Below are positions 51,448 to 61,526 of a stretch of 64,000 nucleotides of DNA, piece by piece (within the stretch, counting starts at the first letter, position 1; each line of letters begins with the position of its first letter). The DNA comes from an uncultured virus (IMG/VR IMGVR_UViG_3300009688_000445) (Duplodnaviria > Heunggongvirae > Uroviricota > Caudoviricetes), in IMG/VR virus record IMGVR_UViG_3300009688_000445, one strand, 5' to 3'. Position numbers and translations under genes: made by a program. The notes beneath the pieces are model-generated. The model searched no databases. It was not told the DNA's origin and saw nothing but the letters and a program-made list of their open reading frames with translations.

Positions 51448-51913
51448 TTAATATCTCTTTTAGTTGTTTAATAGTATCTTGTGAATTTTTATGCAATATG
51501 CCAATACCGCCTGCAGTTTCCCACTTAGAGATATTTTTTTCCTGATCATCTATTAGAATACTATTAGGTGTTGCATACTTACTTTTATCTTGTTCAAAAA
51601 GAACTTTTATATCCTCACCTAGATATTTATCTACCCATTTTCTTTTATCTTTTTTACAACTATATACAGATTTAGCTGGTTTAGTTAATATCGATGGGTT
51701 ATATGGTAACACGAAATTCCATAACTCTTCTGCATCTAGTTTTGGATCCATATCAAACCAGAAATTATCTATCTTATCCAAGATATCCCAGACAAAATCA
51801 TCACCATACTTTTTAAATAAAACCTCTGGTTTATCTCCTAATTCTTGTTCAAATTTCTTGTCAAAGTCGACGAGAACTCCATCAAGATCTACAAAGATTT
51901 TATAGTTTTTCAT
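51440..51913 (-). CDS. 5'(3')-deoxyribonucleotidase-like HAD hydrolase
   Basis: IFVDLDGVLVDF, ILT, K..W, ILIDD, W..AGG.GI.H. Confidence 0.85.
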   Translation of the reverse strand: MKNYKIFVDLDGVLVDFDKKFEQELGDKPEVLFKKYGDDFVWDILDKIDNFWFDMDPKLDAEELWNFVLPYNPSILTKPAKSVYSCKKDKRKWVDKYLGEDIKVLFEQDKSKYATPNSILIDDQEKNISKWETAGGIGILHKNSQDTIKQLKEILNA

Positions 51914-51925
51914 CTATGTTATCTA

Positions 51926-52585
51926 TCAAGTCCAATTCGTATCCGCAGGTGTTGTGGATGCTTGAACTGTTGCTCCTAATAATGAAAATAAATTTACACT
52001 TGAATCATCGGGTACAGTAATTGTATCCCTTAATCCTATTTCTTTAATAGTAATATTAAAAGAAAGATTTCTAAGTAATGCTAGAGTAAAATATCCATTT
52101 GAATCTGTTACTGTAGATCTAGGTTCATATCCTATCGCAACTAATCCTGTACTAGTTGATATAAAAGCAGGTACTGTAGTCGGTATTGCATAAATTCTTA
52201 CACCTTCAAATGCTTCACCTGTTGAATCTAATATAGTGCCATATACATTACACTCATTTGTGCTTACAGATTCACTTGAAACATAAAAAGTATTAATAAA
52301 AGAGATTTCTGTTCCACCATCTGTTGGTGTTAAAAATATTTTATCAAAATATGTTCCTGGTGTAGTAATTATAGATGCAGTATACTGATATAATCCAGTA
52401 GTTACTCTAGTAATACTCCCAGATGAAATTGTTTCTACTATATTAGAATTTGAAACAGCATCAGCATATAAAGAATGAATTGTAACTTTATTAACAGAGT
52501 ATGCATCATATGCTGTTCCAGCCCGTAAAAACTGAAATTCAAGTGTAGTAGATTCAGAAACATTTGCTGTATATCTTTCACTCAT
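51926..52585 (-). CDS. Virion structural protein with Ig/prealbumin-like beta-sandwich domains
   Basis: TGLYQY; CNVYGTILD..G..GV..TDSNGYF. Confidence 0.55.
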   Translation of the reverse strand: MSERYTANVSESTTLEFQFLRAGTAYDAYSVNKVTIHSLYADAVSNSNIVETISSGSITRVTTGLYQYTASIITTPGTYFDKIFLTPTDGGTEISFINTFYVSSESVSTNECNVYGTILDSTGEAFEGVRIYAIPTTVPAFISTSTGLVAIGYEPRSTVTDSNGYFTLALLRNLSFNITIKEIGLRDTITVPDDSSVNLFSLLGATVQASTTPADTNWT

Positions 52586-52588
52586 ATT

Positions 52589-54379
52589 TTATACTCCAAA
52601 TCCACCCCAAGTTCCGTTTTCTATAGCAGTCATAATTGCTACTAAATCTTCATCTGTCCATCCATCACCTTTAATGTCTGTAAGATGATTTATAATAATT
52701 TCTTGATTAGCAAGAGTAGCATTTCCAGTACTTGATGTTAATGTTCTAGTTCCATAATTCCATACATCTGAAGCATCTATAACTGCAGTTCCGGTACTTG
52801 TTAAAGCTCTACCCATCGATCCAGCTACATTATATGTAGCTGTTTCTGCATTCCAAACCGCATCTGCTATTTCTGCTCCTGCAATATTTACATATACAGC
52901 ACCAGAACTTGTTACTGTAGATGAGAGTTGTTTACCTGCAGAACCACTTACTGTATGAAGAGATAATAATTCATCCCATACGGCGTTTGCTACTTGGGTA
53001 TAATCAATAGCAGCTGTTCCTGAACTTGTTAAAGTTCTATTAGTATATTCCCAAATTGCTTGTGCTGTTGCACCTGATACTGTAACATTATCTACTTGAT
53101 CCGAGAGTGTCTTTAAAGAATCATTATCTGCACCACGAATACCAGATACCAACGAGTTGATTTGTGTTAGGGTTGCTCCATTTACAACACTTGCAACACT
53201 ACCAGAAACATTACCAGCTACTGATCCAACACTACCAACTACGCTTCCAACACTACCATTAACATTACCACTTACATTACCAATTAAGGTATATGATTGT
53301 GTACTTGCCAAACTATATCCTGTTTTATCTGAAACTGTTGTAACTGATCCAACAGATCCTGTTATATTTCCTGAAACATTTCCAATAAGTGTAAATGATT
53401 GATCACCTGATAATGTTCTTGAGGAATTACCCCATACTGATGAAGCTATTGTTGAAGTAGTCAATCCAGAAACAGAACCAACCGAACCAGAAACATTACC
53501 AGCAACACTACCAACTGCACCAACTACTGAAGCTACTGAACCACTAACATTACCGGCAACCGATCCAACACTACCAACTACGCTTCCAACTGAACCGCTA
53601 ACATTACCAGCTACACTACCTACAGCTCCTGTAACTGAACCAACAGCTCCTGTAACTGAAGCTACTGAACCACTAACATTACCAGCTACTGAACCAACAG
53701 CACCAACTACACTTCCAACTGATCCACTTACATTACCAGCAACACTACCAACTGCTCCAGTAACACTACCAACACTACCAACTACGCTTCCAACACTACC
53801 ATTAACATTACCACTTACATTACCAATGAGTATAAAAGACTGATCACCGGATAATGTTCTACTTGAATAAGACCATACATCTGCTGCATTGACTGTAGCA
53901 GTTCCAGAACTTGTTAAGGTTCTTGTAGTATATTCCCAAACATCTTGAGAAATTTGATCTGAGGTATAAAATAACTCATCTGCTATTGCAGTAGAAGTTA
54001 TTACTCCTGCACTCATTGCAGTTACTGTAGATCTAATAGATCCAGAAGAAGCACTCATTAATGCATCATATGCATCAGAGTTTATAACTGTACATACCTT
54101 ATGAAATGCTAATGCACCAGAAACATGTATAAAAATTTCTAATGGCCCATACGTATTAGTATCTGTTGCATCTAATACACAATAATAAATACCATTTGAA
54201 ATATGTGTTGCACCACCGCTATTTTTATTTGCTAAAGTAGTAGCACCTGATTTCCACAACTTTATATCAGTATTTGCTATAGTTAAACTTGTTTGTTCTA
54301 TGTTTCCAGTAGATGTGTCTAAAAAGAATCCTAATGGAACTTCTTGACTGGCTGTATTGTATTTTAGTGGGAATATCAT
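52589..54379 (-). CDS. Low-complexity G/S/V repeat virion protein (fibre/decoration-like)
   Basis: GSVGSVAGNVS repeats flanked by VW..RTLTSSG repeats. Confidence 0.65.
   Translation of the reverse strand: MIFPLKYNTASQEVPLGFFLDTSTGNIEQTSLTIANTDIKLWKSGATTLANKNSGGATHISNGIYYCVLDATDTNTYGPLEIFIHVSGALAFHKVCTVINSDAYDALMSASSGSIRSTVTAMSAGVITSTAIADELFYTSDQISQDVWEYTTRTLTSSGTATVNAADVWSYSSRTLSGDQSFILIGNVSGNVNGSVGSVVGSVGSVTGAVGSVAGNVSGSVGSVVGAVGSVAGNVSGSVASVTGAVGSVTGAVGSVAGNVSGSVGSVVGSVGSVAGNVSGSVASVVGAVGSVAGNVSGSVGSVSGLTTSTIASSVWGNSSRTLSGDQSFTLIGNVSGNITGSVGSVTTVSDKTGYSLASTQSYTLIGNVSGNVNGSVGSVVGSVGSVAGNVSGSVASVVNGATLTQINSLVSGIRGADNDSLKTLSDQVDNVTVSGATAQAIWEYTNRTLTSSGTAAIDYTQVANAVWDELLSLHTVSGSAGKQLSSTVTSSGAVYVNIAGAEIADAVWNAETATYNVAGSMGRALTSTGTAVIDASDVWNYGTRTLTSSTGNATLANQEIIINHLTDIKGDGWTDEDLVAIMTAIENGTWGGFGV
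53189..53830. repeat. Intragenic GSV/GNVS tandem repeat array
   Basis: Many 7- and 11-aa units; ccaacactaccaactacgcttccaacactaccattaacattaccacttacattaccaat occurs twice (~53227 and ~53769). Confidence 0.9.
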
Positions 54380-54460
54380 TCTGCTACCCTTATTACTTTA
54401 GATAAGATAGTGTGTAAGTAAAATATATTATTTTTCTATATAATTTTAGTATCTTTTCGT

Positions 54461-56221
54461 TTAAATTGCTCGTTTTATACATATAAATTTCTTCATAGAA
54501 GAGATAGTCTCAAATATTATTTCTTTCTTATATGTAGTAGGATTTAAATTTTCATTTGCAATAGCAGCTAAAAGTGACCAATATGCTTTTCCCATTCTCA
54601 GTCTTCCATCTGTACCAAGATGTCCACCATCTGCTCTCATATATGAAGTTTCTGCTATTTCTCTACCATTTCCATCTACTTGCTTAACATTAGAAGTATT
54701 ATAACATTCTATATCAGCAATATCTATTAACCATTTTGCATGATCTAAACAGTAAGTTCTAATTGCAGAATTATATGCTTCTCTAGCAGCATAACTTGCA
54801 TCATCTTGAAGAGGCATTGTCCACCAAACAACAGTTATACTTGGATTTGCTGCTTCAAATGCTTCTATATCCTCAATATCGGATGCAGCCGCTGCTGCAC
54901 CATCAGAAATATAACCAGAAGTTTCAGGCCAAACATCTATCCAGCAATATTTCCACATTGCAATATCAATAGCACCGCGCATATTAGCTGACATCTCAAC
55001 GAATCCACTTATTTTAGTAGCAGGAGTAGGATTTCCACGGTTATTATCCTGTAAACCTGTATGTGTTGAAAACCAAGTGTAATCATTGGCTGATTCTGCA
55101 GAATCTCTATCACAAAGATATCTATTATTTTCTGCATATAACAGAGCTAAACCACAATTTGCAGAATCGTCATAGTTATTACCAGTAGTTGAATTTGTGG
55201 TTGAATCTCCTACAATATCTTGACCAGTAGAAGCATGTTCAAAGTATACTTTCTTTGCTGCAGCTTTTAAAATTTCAGCATTAGTGTAACTTGAAGGATC
55301 ATAATTAGTATGATTTATTGTTCTATATTGATAGGTGGCTGTCCAATCTGCATATAGCGTAGTATTATTTGATATAACAAATGTATCATTAGCATCATAA
55401 TGAGTACCACCTGTTGAGGTTGTTTGCCAACCACCAAAGGTATAATTAGTTTTTGCCAGGCTTCCAGTATTTCCTAATACTGTTACTGTTGCTCCAGATT
55501 CATAAGGTGAATTTGCATCGGTAGGTACTGATCCTGAAGTATTACCATTTCCATTATAAGTAAGTGTACAAGAACTACCACTGCTTGCAGGATATTCTAT
55601 TCCTGAAGTAGAGTAAGATGGAGACGACATATTAACTGCCGTCCAGGTAAGATTACCGGATTCATCTGTCATATCATCTATTAAAGGAGTATATGTTAAA
55701 AGATGATCAGATTGTATATCAAGAGGATTTACGTCACAATTATATAGATCAGCTATTTCATCACTTGATAAAGCAACATCCCACACTGCAACATGCTCTA
55801 TATAATCATCTGCATAGTCGTAAAAAGTAGAAGAACAACTAGCTCCTATTCTTATTTGATCTATACTAATTGATCCTGCTGTCCATGCCCCAGGTGTTTG
55901 TGCTTCGTTATCTAAATAAAAAGTTATGCTATCACTTACAAAAACTACTACACAATGGTACCAATTTGTTGTACCAGGATTACCAGAATGTGTAGAAGTA
56001 TACCCAGATCCACCAGCCCATCCAATAGATCGTATCTGGTCATCTGCAGTTTGTATACATTGATATTGACGTTCTTGATCTACATCTCCTACACCTGCTA
56101 ATGTACACCAATATGCTAAAGATGCACGTCTAACCCACAACGAAATAGTCATAGGTACTCTATTAACACTTAATGCAGAGTATAAATATTGTTCACTAGC
56201 TCTAGTAAATCGTAATGCCAT
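54461..56221 (-). CDS. LamG-like lectin + InlB B-repeat + SGNH-like hydrolase protein
   Basis: TISLWV..WYHCVVV..IEHVAVWDVALS (LamG); LTYNGNG..YTFGGW..TLYADW (B-repeat); YFEHASTG..KYCWID..DIADIE..DGGHL (SGNH-like). Confidence 0.7.
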   Translation of the reverse strand: MALRFTRASEQYLYSALSVNRVPMTISLWVRRASLAYWCTLAGVGDVDQERQYQCIQTADDQIRSIGWAGGSGYTSTHSGNPGTTNWYHCVVVFVSDSITFYLDNEAQTPGAWTAGSISIDQIRIGASCSSTFYDYADDYIEHVAVWDVALSSDEIADLYNCDVNPLDIQSDHLLTYTPLIDDMTDESGNLTWTAVNMSSPSYSTSGIEYPASSGSSCTLTYNGNGNTSGSVPTDANSPYESGATVTVLGNTGSLAKTNYTFGGWQTTSTGGTHYDANDTFVISNNTTLYADWTATYQYRTINHTNYDPSSYTNAEILKAAAKKVYFEHASTGQDIVGDSTTNSTTGNNYDDSANCGLALLYAENNRYLCDRDSAESANDYTWFSTHTGLQDNNRGNPTPATKISGFVEMSANMRGAIDIAMWKYCWIDVWPETSGYISDGAAAAASDIEDIEAFEAANPSITVVWWTMPLQDDASYAAREAYNSAIRTYCLDHAKWLIDIADIECYNTSNVKQVDGNGREIAETSYMRADGGHLGTDGRLRMGKAYWSLLAAIANENLNPTTYKKEIIFETISSMKKFICIKRAI

Positions 56222-56224
56222 ATA

Positions 56225-56932
56225 TTAAATGAATCCCTGTTGCATTAAATATAAAACTACCTTAGAAGATATATTTGAACCACCTGCAGGTGGTTCACCG
56301 CCTGATGGATAAGTTATACCTAATGATGTATATGTAGGAGAGCCTAAGTTTGAAGCTGACCAAGATAGTGTTCCTACACTATCTGTTAAAGAATCTGAAA
56401 AAGGAAAATAAAATTGTAGTCCACTAATTTCAGAAGGTGCTGTAGTGCATGCATATAAATTTCCAACTTGTGTAGAATTAAGTGCTACATTCCAACATGC
56501 TGCATGTTCTATTGTTCCTGTAAAAAATTCTGCCCCACCTGAATTTGCTGTTCGACCTACAGCCATAAGATCAAAAGCTACAGAACCAGACGGACTCCAA
56601 GCTTGTGTTGTAGGGGTGTTATCATCAAAATAAAATACTATGGAAGAAGCACCAAAAACAGCGCAAAGAAAGTGATTAACATCATCATCAATTAAGTGTG
56701 TAGCATCTGAAGCAGCTGCAAAAGCAGCAAAAGAAATTGCTCTTGTCCATTCGTTTTGTGCTTGCATAGCATTAAAAGATAAAGCTTCTGATACATCTCC
56801 TAAACTAATCATAGACATTGGTTCAAAATATGTAGAAGCTTTTTTTACCCAACACATAAATGTGAAAGGTTGTGGAGCAGAAATACTAACTGGTGCTGTT
56901 AAACATTGATTTGTTGCTAAATTTAGACCCAT
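56225..56932 (-). CDS. LamG / concanavalin A-like domain protein
   Basis: FTFMCWVK, FTGTIEHAACWNVAL; paralogous to the N-terminus of 54461..56221. Confidence 0.75.
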   Translation of the reverse strand: MGLNLATNQCLTAPVSISAPQPFTFMCWVKKASTYFEPMSMISLGDVSEALSFNAMQAQNEWTRAISFAAFAAASDATHLIDDDVNHFLCAVFGASSIVFYFDDNTPTTQAWSPSGSVAFDLMAVGRTANSGGAEFFTGTIEHAACWNVALNSTQVGNLYACTTAPSEISGLQFYFPFSDSLTDSVGTLSWSASNLGSPTYTSLGITYPSGGEPPAGGSNISSKVVLYLMQQGFI

Positions 56933-56964
56933 ATTAAATTATCCAATTTATTAACTAACTATAA

Positions 56965-56993
56965 AAAATAAAAACTTATAACAAATTCTTAAG
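56965..56993 (-). promoter_or_regulatory. Putative late promoter CTTAAG-N17-TATTTT
   Basis: Recurring motif just downstream of a terminator hairpin. Confidence 0.45.
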
Positions 56994-56996
56994 TTA

Positions 56997-57032
56997 TTAA
57001 AAACCCTAGATAATAATTAAATTATCTAGGGT
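56997..57032 (-). terminator. Rho-independent terminator
   Basis: 12-bp stem ACCCTAGATAAT/ATTATCTAGGGT, 6-nt loop, T-rich tail on the minus strand. Confidence 0.7.
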
Positions 57033-57070
57033 CTTCTATGACGGTCCCAAGAAAGCGAATTCTTGCTATG

Positions 57071-57412
57071 CTATTTAGTTTTTATTATAAAAGATTCATC
57101 AACATAAGACTGAATTAATCTAGCAATACCTTCTTGAACAGAATAACCTTCTTCTGCACATTTCTTTTTGAAGTCTTCATGCAAAGATTCTGGTATTCTA
57201 TAAGTATTTCCTACTATTTTGTTTTTAGTAGTAGATAACCACATTTGTAATTTTTTCTCACTATCACTCAAAAAAATAGAATCCTTTTTTCCTAAGGATT
57301 CTTCTAGTAATTCAATTATCTTCTTATTTTCTTCATGAAGATCTGATATTGTAACTGATGTACAAACAAGTAAATCAAGAATTTTATTATATTCGTTAAT
57401 CTTATTCACCAC
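57071..57412 (-). CDS. Protein with C-terminal ribbon-helix-helix DNA-binding domain
   Basis: NTYRIPESLHEDFKKKCAEEGYSVQEGIARLIQSYV. Confidence 0.7.
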   Translation of the reverse strand: MVNKINEYNKILDLLVCTSVTISDLHEENKKIIELLEESLGKKDSIFLSDSEKKLQMWLSTTKNKIVGNTYRIPESLHEDFKKKCAEEGYSVQEGIARLIQSYVDESFIIKTK

Positions 57413-57641
57413 GAATTCTTTTAGCAGTACTTAGTAATGCTCTTCTGTGCATTTCATATTGTAATGGATCTACTTTGGCTTCTCCATTAATAAACTTTTG
57501 TGCAAGTTCTTTACACTTTAGTTCATCTTTAAAACTCCATTCTTTAGTTCTACTATTGTATTCTGAAGAATGTGCTATTCCGTTGCAACGAAGAAATGTA
57601 GCAAGCGGCAAATCACAAGTTTGAAAGGCATTTCCATTCAT
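57402..57641 (-). CDS. Small phage protein, DUF5659-like
   Basis: FQTCDLPLATFLRCNG..F...F.NG...VDP. Confidence 0.55.
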   Translation of the reverse strand: MNGNAFQTCDLPLATFLRCNGIAHSSEYNSRTKEWSFKDELKCKELAQKFINGEAKVDPLQYEMHRRALLSTAKRIRGE

Positions 57642-57651
57642 ATATCTACCT

Positions 57652-58575
57652 TTATATCAATCCGCGCTCTAGATGAGCTTTCCATTTATGGTCCTCTGAA
57701 ATTGCGCTTGGAGTTGGTTCTTTATTATCTACTTCGTAGAATTTTTGATTATCAGGTCTTCTAAGAGGATTTTCTCCAGTATTGCTAAACGGACTCTTTT
57801 TGTAATTATAATTAGGCTCTAATTTTCTATAGGAAAATGTATTTATTTCATTATATAAGTCTTTTTGAGTTAATGGTATTAAGTTTCTACCTCTTGTACA
57901 ATAAGAAGGAGATTGAATTAATCCATTTAAAATTACTAAATCTATTCTAAAATCATATCTATAATCATTATTAGGAATGATCATATTTATAGAAACAATA
58001 CCATTCTTAATAGTACCATCTTCATAAGTACTTGAAATTTGAGTAGAAATTAAATTATAATCTGGAACAATATTAATTAAGGGTATAATAATCTTATCAA
58101 GAACATTAGTAGCTATAGGATAGAGTTGTTCTTTATAAGCTCCATCCGTTTCAAACTGTCTTCTTTCTGGAATTTTTCTTTCTTTAAGTTCTTCTAGTTC
58201 TTTTTGAAGAGGTTCCATTTGTTTTAGAACGTCTGTTTTTAATTCCTCTTTAAGAACTTTAAATTTTTCTTCTCTTTCTAGATCTTGTACAACGTCTTTA
58301 AGATCTTGAAGTTCTCTTTCAATTCCATCAGTAATTTTGGCGTCTTCAATAGCTTTGTTAATTTCTTCTCTAAGAAGATCCATATTATCTGTATCTTCTA
58401 TTGGTTCTTCTTTTTTAGAAGCAGCAGGAGATGGAGTTGTTTCATCTTTCTCCATCTCTTTTTTTGTACTATCTTTTATTGAAGGCAGTTTAACAGCTAC
58501 TTTCTTTTTTTGAAGTTCTGGAAACAAAATATCAAAATAATCTGTTTCTTGTTCTTGATGAAGTTTATCTTTCAT
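57652..58575 (-). CDS. Hypothetical protein with coiled-coil N-terminal half
   Basis: 307-aa ORF, TAATG-coupled to the upstream gene. Confidence 0.6.
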   Translation of the reverse strand: MKDKLHQEQETDYFDILFPELQKKKVAVKLPSIKDSTKKEMEKDETTPSPAASKKEEPIEDTDNMDLLREEINKAIEDAKITDGIERELQDLKDVVQDLEREEKFKVLKEELKTDVLKQMEPLQKELEELKERKIPERRQFETDGAYKEQLYPIATNVLDKIIIPLINIVPDYNLISTQISSTYEDGTIKNGIVSINMIIPNNDYRYDFRIDLVILNGLIQSPSYCTRGRNLIPLTQKDLYNEINTFSYRKLEPNYNYKKSPFSNTGENPLRRPDNQKFYEVDNKEPTPSAISEDHKWKAHLERGLI

Positions 58576-59189
58576 TAAGCTTGGCCAGGACGCTCGACAT
58601 CTACTGTGAATTCTTCTTCGCTTGCGCCTTCAGAATAATCATAATAAATTATATCATCAACGCTTAGATCTGAAAAATCACCGCGTAGCATTCTAGTTCT
58701 TGTATATCCTATTGTCTCGTTGAAATAATCTCTTGTATAATCAACACGAACTTCTTGCCCAGCAGTTGGTGCACTAGCAACAGCAAAGTTAAGTACTATC
58801 GTTCCTGTTACTTTATCTAGAATATTTTCTGATGTTAATTCAAATGCAGTTCCATATAATGCAGTACAGTTATTCATATCATAAGAACCAGATGCAGTAT
58901 ATAGTAATCCGTCTGCAGCAATATACCCAGCACCAGTGCTTGTATAAATTTTTCTACCTGTCGATGTGGTTAATGCATACTCTGCATGAGGGGCTTCTGT
59001 TCCAGCTATCTTAATAATAAGAGAATTTTCATTTATAATTGGTTGAAGTGTACCTTCCCATGTTACCGCACCAGTAGATGCTAATTCAGTAGATGCAATT
59101 GTTTGATCTTGAACAAGTGGTGTTTCTTCTACTAAAGCTATTTCGCTGGTTTCTGATATGAATCTAATTACGCCTTTATAAGTTGACAT
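58575..59189 (-). CDS. Putative virion structural/decoration protein
   Basis: AGGAG RBS; TGTIVLNF..AP..G..VRVDY module; two TSTG. Confidence 0.55.
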   Translation of the reverse strand: MSTYKGVIRFISETSEIALVEETPLVQDQTIASTELASTGAVTWEGTLQPIINENSLIIKIAGTEAPHAEYALTTSTGRKIYTSTGAGYIAADGLLYTASGSYDMNNCTALYGTAFELTSENILDKVTGTIVLNFAVASAPTAGQEVRVDYTRDYFNETIGYTRTRMLRGDFSDLSVDDIIYYDYSEGASEEEFTVDVERPGQA

Positions 59190-59252
59190 TGTGTATATTC
59201 TCCTTGGTTATGTCAATTGCAGAAAATAAATATAATATTGCAAGTTTACAAG

Positions 59253-59282
59253 AAAATATTAAAAAGGAAATTATTCTTTAAG
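59253..59282 (-). promoter_or_regulatory. Putative late promoter CTTAAA-N18-TATTTT
   Basis: Recurring motif. Confidence 0.45.
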
Positions 59283-59286
59283 GTTT

Positions 59287-59847
59287 CTAAAAATATTTTT
59301 CTAGTAATTTCTGCAATTTTTCGTCTAATTCTCTTTCTTTTTGTCTATAATTAATTGCTACTTCTTTTGCATGCATAAAAACTTGAAAAATTAGTTCTCT
59401 AATTCTTTCTACATTTTTAATATTATAAGTATATAGTTCTTCTCTGGTTATAACTTCCTCATAGAAATAGTTTTGATTCAGTAATTCGCTAGTTCTACTT
59501 TTAATATATTCAAATTTATCGTTAATATATTTATTGAAACTTATTTCATTCATGTCTATAAAATGATTTTCTCTAAATGCTTGACGAACATCCCGTAATA
59601 TTTCATTTGTTATATCTTTTAAAAGTAACCTATAACAGTTTGTACTAATGCTGCCAACAACACTACTAATACCTTTAGTTTCCAGTAAATCAAGATATAG
59701 AGAAAGCATATAATACTTTATTTCATCAGATTTTTGTTCTGCATAATTCATTTGATCTCTTAACTGTTCGATGTGTATCACATATAATTTTTCATATTGT
59801 AATTTATTGCTTTCATGTATTAATAAGATGATATCTTTATTATGCAT
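59287..59847 (-). CDS. Hypothetical protein
   Basis: AGGAG RBS, 186 aa, helical. Confidence 0.65.
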   Translation of the reverse strand: MHNKDIILLIHESNKLQYEKLYVIHIEQLRDQMNYAEQKSDEIKYYMLSLYLDLLETKGISSVVGSISTNCYRLLLKDITNEILRDVRQAFRENHFIDMNEISFNKYINDKFEYIKSRTSELLNQNYFYEEVITREELYTYNIKNVERIRELIFQVFMHAKEVAINYRQKERELDEKLQKLLEKYF

Positions 59848-59854
59848 ACACTCC

Positions 59855-60070
59855 TTATGTGGATTTTTTAAATTTTGATTCTTTTTTTGTACTGCTATCT
59901 GTTGATCCTATTTCTATGGTATCATCTCCTGATTTCCATTTAATACCTAATTTAATAGCTTGATAAATAATTTTAATTATTACACCGATCATAAAAATAA
60001 TACCCAAAAAGGAGATGATAGCAAAGGAAAGTTGAAACCATAATGGGAGTGTGCTTAACCAAGAAAACAT
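59855..60070 (-). CDS. Small single-pass membrane protein
   Basis: Hydrophobic stretch FQLSFAIISFLGIIFMIGVII and basic C-terminus. Confidence 0.6.
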   Translation of the reverse strand: MFSWLSTLPLWFQLSFAIISFLGIIFMIGVIIKIIYQAIKLGIKWKSGDDTIEIGSTDSSTKKESKFKKST

Positions 60071-60177
60071 AACATACCAATATTCATGTAAAAATATTTT
60101 TTCTATTTTACATAAATTTAAAAATTTTTAATATCTATTTAAGTAAAAATTAGTAAGAATATTAAGAAATAATACTT

Positions 60178-61517
60178 CTATTCATAAATAACTGTAACAT
60201 TAACCGCATTAACAATAACTACTGTTAATCCTGTATAAAATCCGCAATCAAATACAAGAGTTGTTGGTGTAGCAATAGATGCAGTATTAACTATTCCTAT
60301 TATTGCTCCAGATGCAGCAGTATTATCGTATAGCGTAATACTACTTCCAGCAGCACCATCATTCACTACTAATCTGTATAAATGACCGGGGCTGTATTTT
60401 AAGACAGTAGTACTGGCTCCAGAAATATACTTATATAATGAATCAGTTTGTAGAGGTCCTAATCTATTAATTTAGCTCCTCTTATATACAAACTGATATC
60501 AGTTGTTATACCAGTATTTGTATTTTCTGCTCTAATAGGAAGATGAATATTTGTTGTCCATGGTGTTGTTGAGGCTGATGTAGTATGTAATAAATTACCA
60601 TCGACAGAAAACCATACTTGAGTAGTTGTATAATATATTTCATAAGTATGAATCGAAGTCCCAATAGAATACGAAGACCCCAAATCTCCATTAAAATATC
60701 CTGAACTTGTGATTATATCTGTGCTATTATTTCTGGTGACACATCTAAAAGATGTTCCGTTTATTTCATAGAATGCACCATTTGTTGATGAAAATACCCC
60801 CCATCGTCTTACGTTTCCAGAAATACCTGAATCTGTGTGTCCCACTCCTATAAAATAATTTGCTGCACCAACAACATATCTTGCATTTCTATTTGAATTA
60901 ATAATAGCAGAGCCATTTAATGTAGTATTTGTTCTAATTCTTACTTCTCCACTAGATTCTACTACAGTACCACCATTTGCTAATGTAGCAGACCAAAAAT
61001 TTGGATCTACTTGACTTCCAGAACCAACTCCACCGATTAATTTATATACTTGAGTAACTCTTAATTGATTCATAGGACTGCATTCAGCTTCAAATCCATA
61101 TTCATCTTTTATAGAGTTTATACTTACTTTTAAATTTCCATGATCATCTAAACTTCTTGGTAATGCTTCAACAATCGGGCAAAGAGCTGTTTGTAATCTG
61201 AAAAATGATGTAGCAGCACTTGAATTAGTATTTGTTACACGAACACGTACATACGAATTTACTGCTTGTACAGTAATACCAAAATTTTCGTTTTCATTGT
61301 AATCGTATTCATCGCAAATATCCCAATTAGTGCCATTTGGTGATTGTTCAACATATACGATACATTTTTGATCTGTATATAAAGAAACCTGTATTGCATT
61401 GACACCTAGAGTAGAATCTGAAACTCCAGTAAAAATGCCACTAGATGTTAAATTTACAGTTGAACTATTTCCAGATGATATCTTAACATTTTGTTCTATT
61501 GCTTTAAAGTATGACAT
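60178..61517 (-). pseudogene. Lectin-like virion protein split by an apparent -1 frameshift at ~60471 (true lesion, programmed shift or assembly error)
   Basis: Frame 1 ends IRGAKLID*. The -1 frame opens exactly at 60471 and reads INRLGPLQTDSLYKYISGASTTVLKYSPGHLYRLVVNDGAAG into ORF 60178..60366. Confidence 0.6.
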
Positions 61518-61526
61518 GTTGCACCT

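Noticed and set aside
53189..53830. Possible CRISPR array or non-coding repeat
   Set aside because: Repeats are codon-phased with synonymous variation and have no unique spacers.
55222..55240. HASTG as another TSTG-like site
   Set aside because: It corresponds to the putative catalytic Ser motif of the SGNH-like domain and was excluded from the count.
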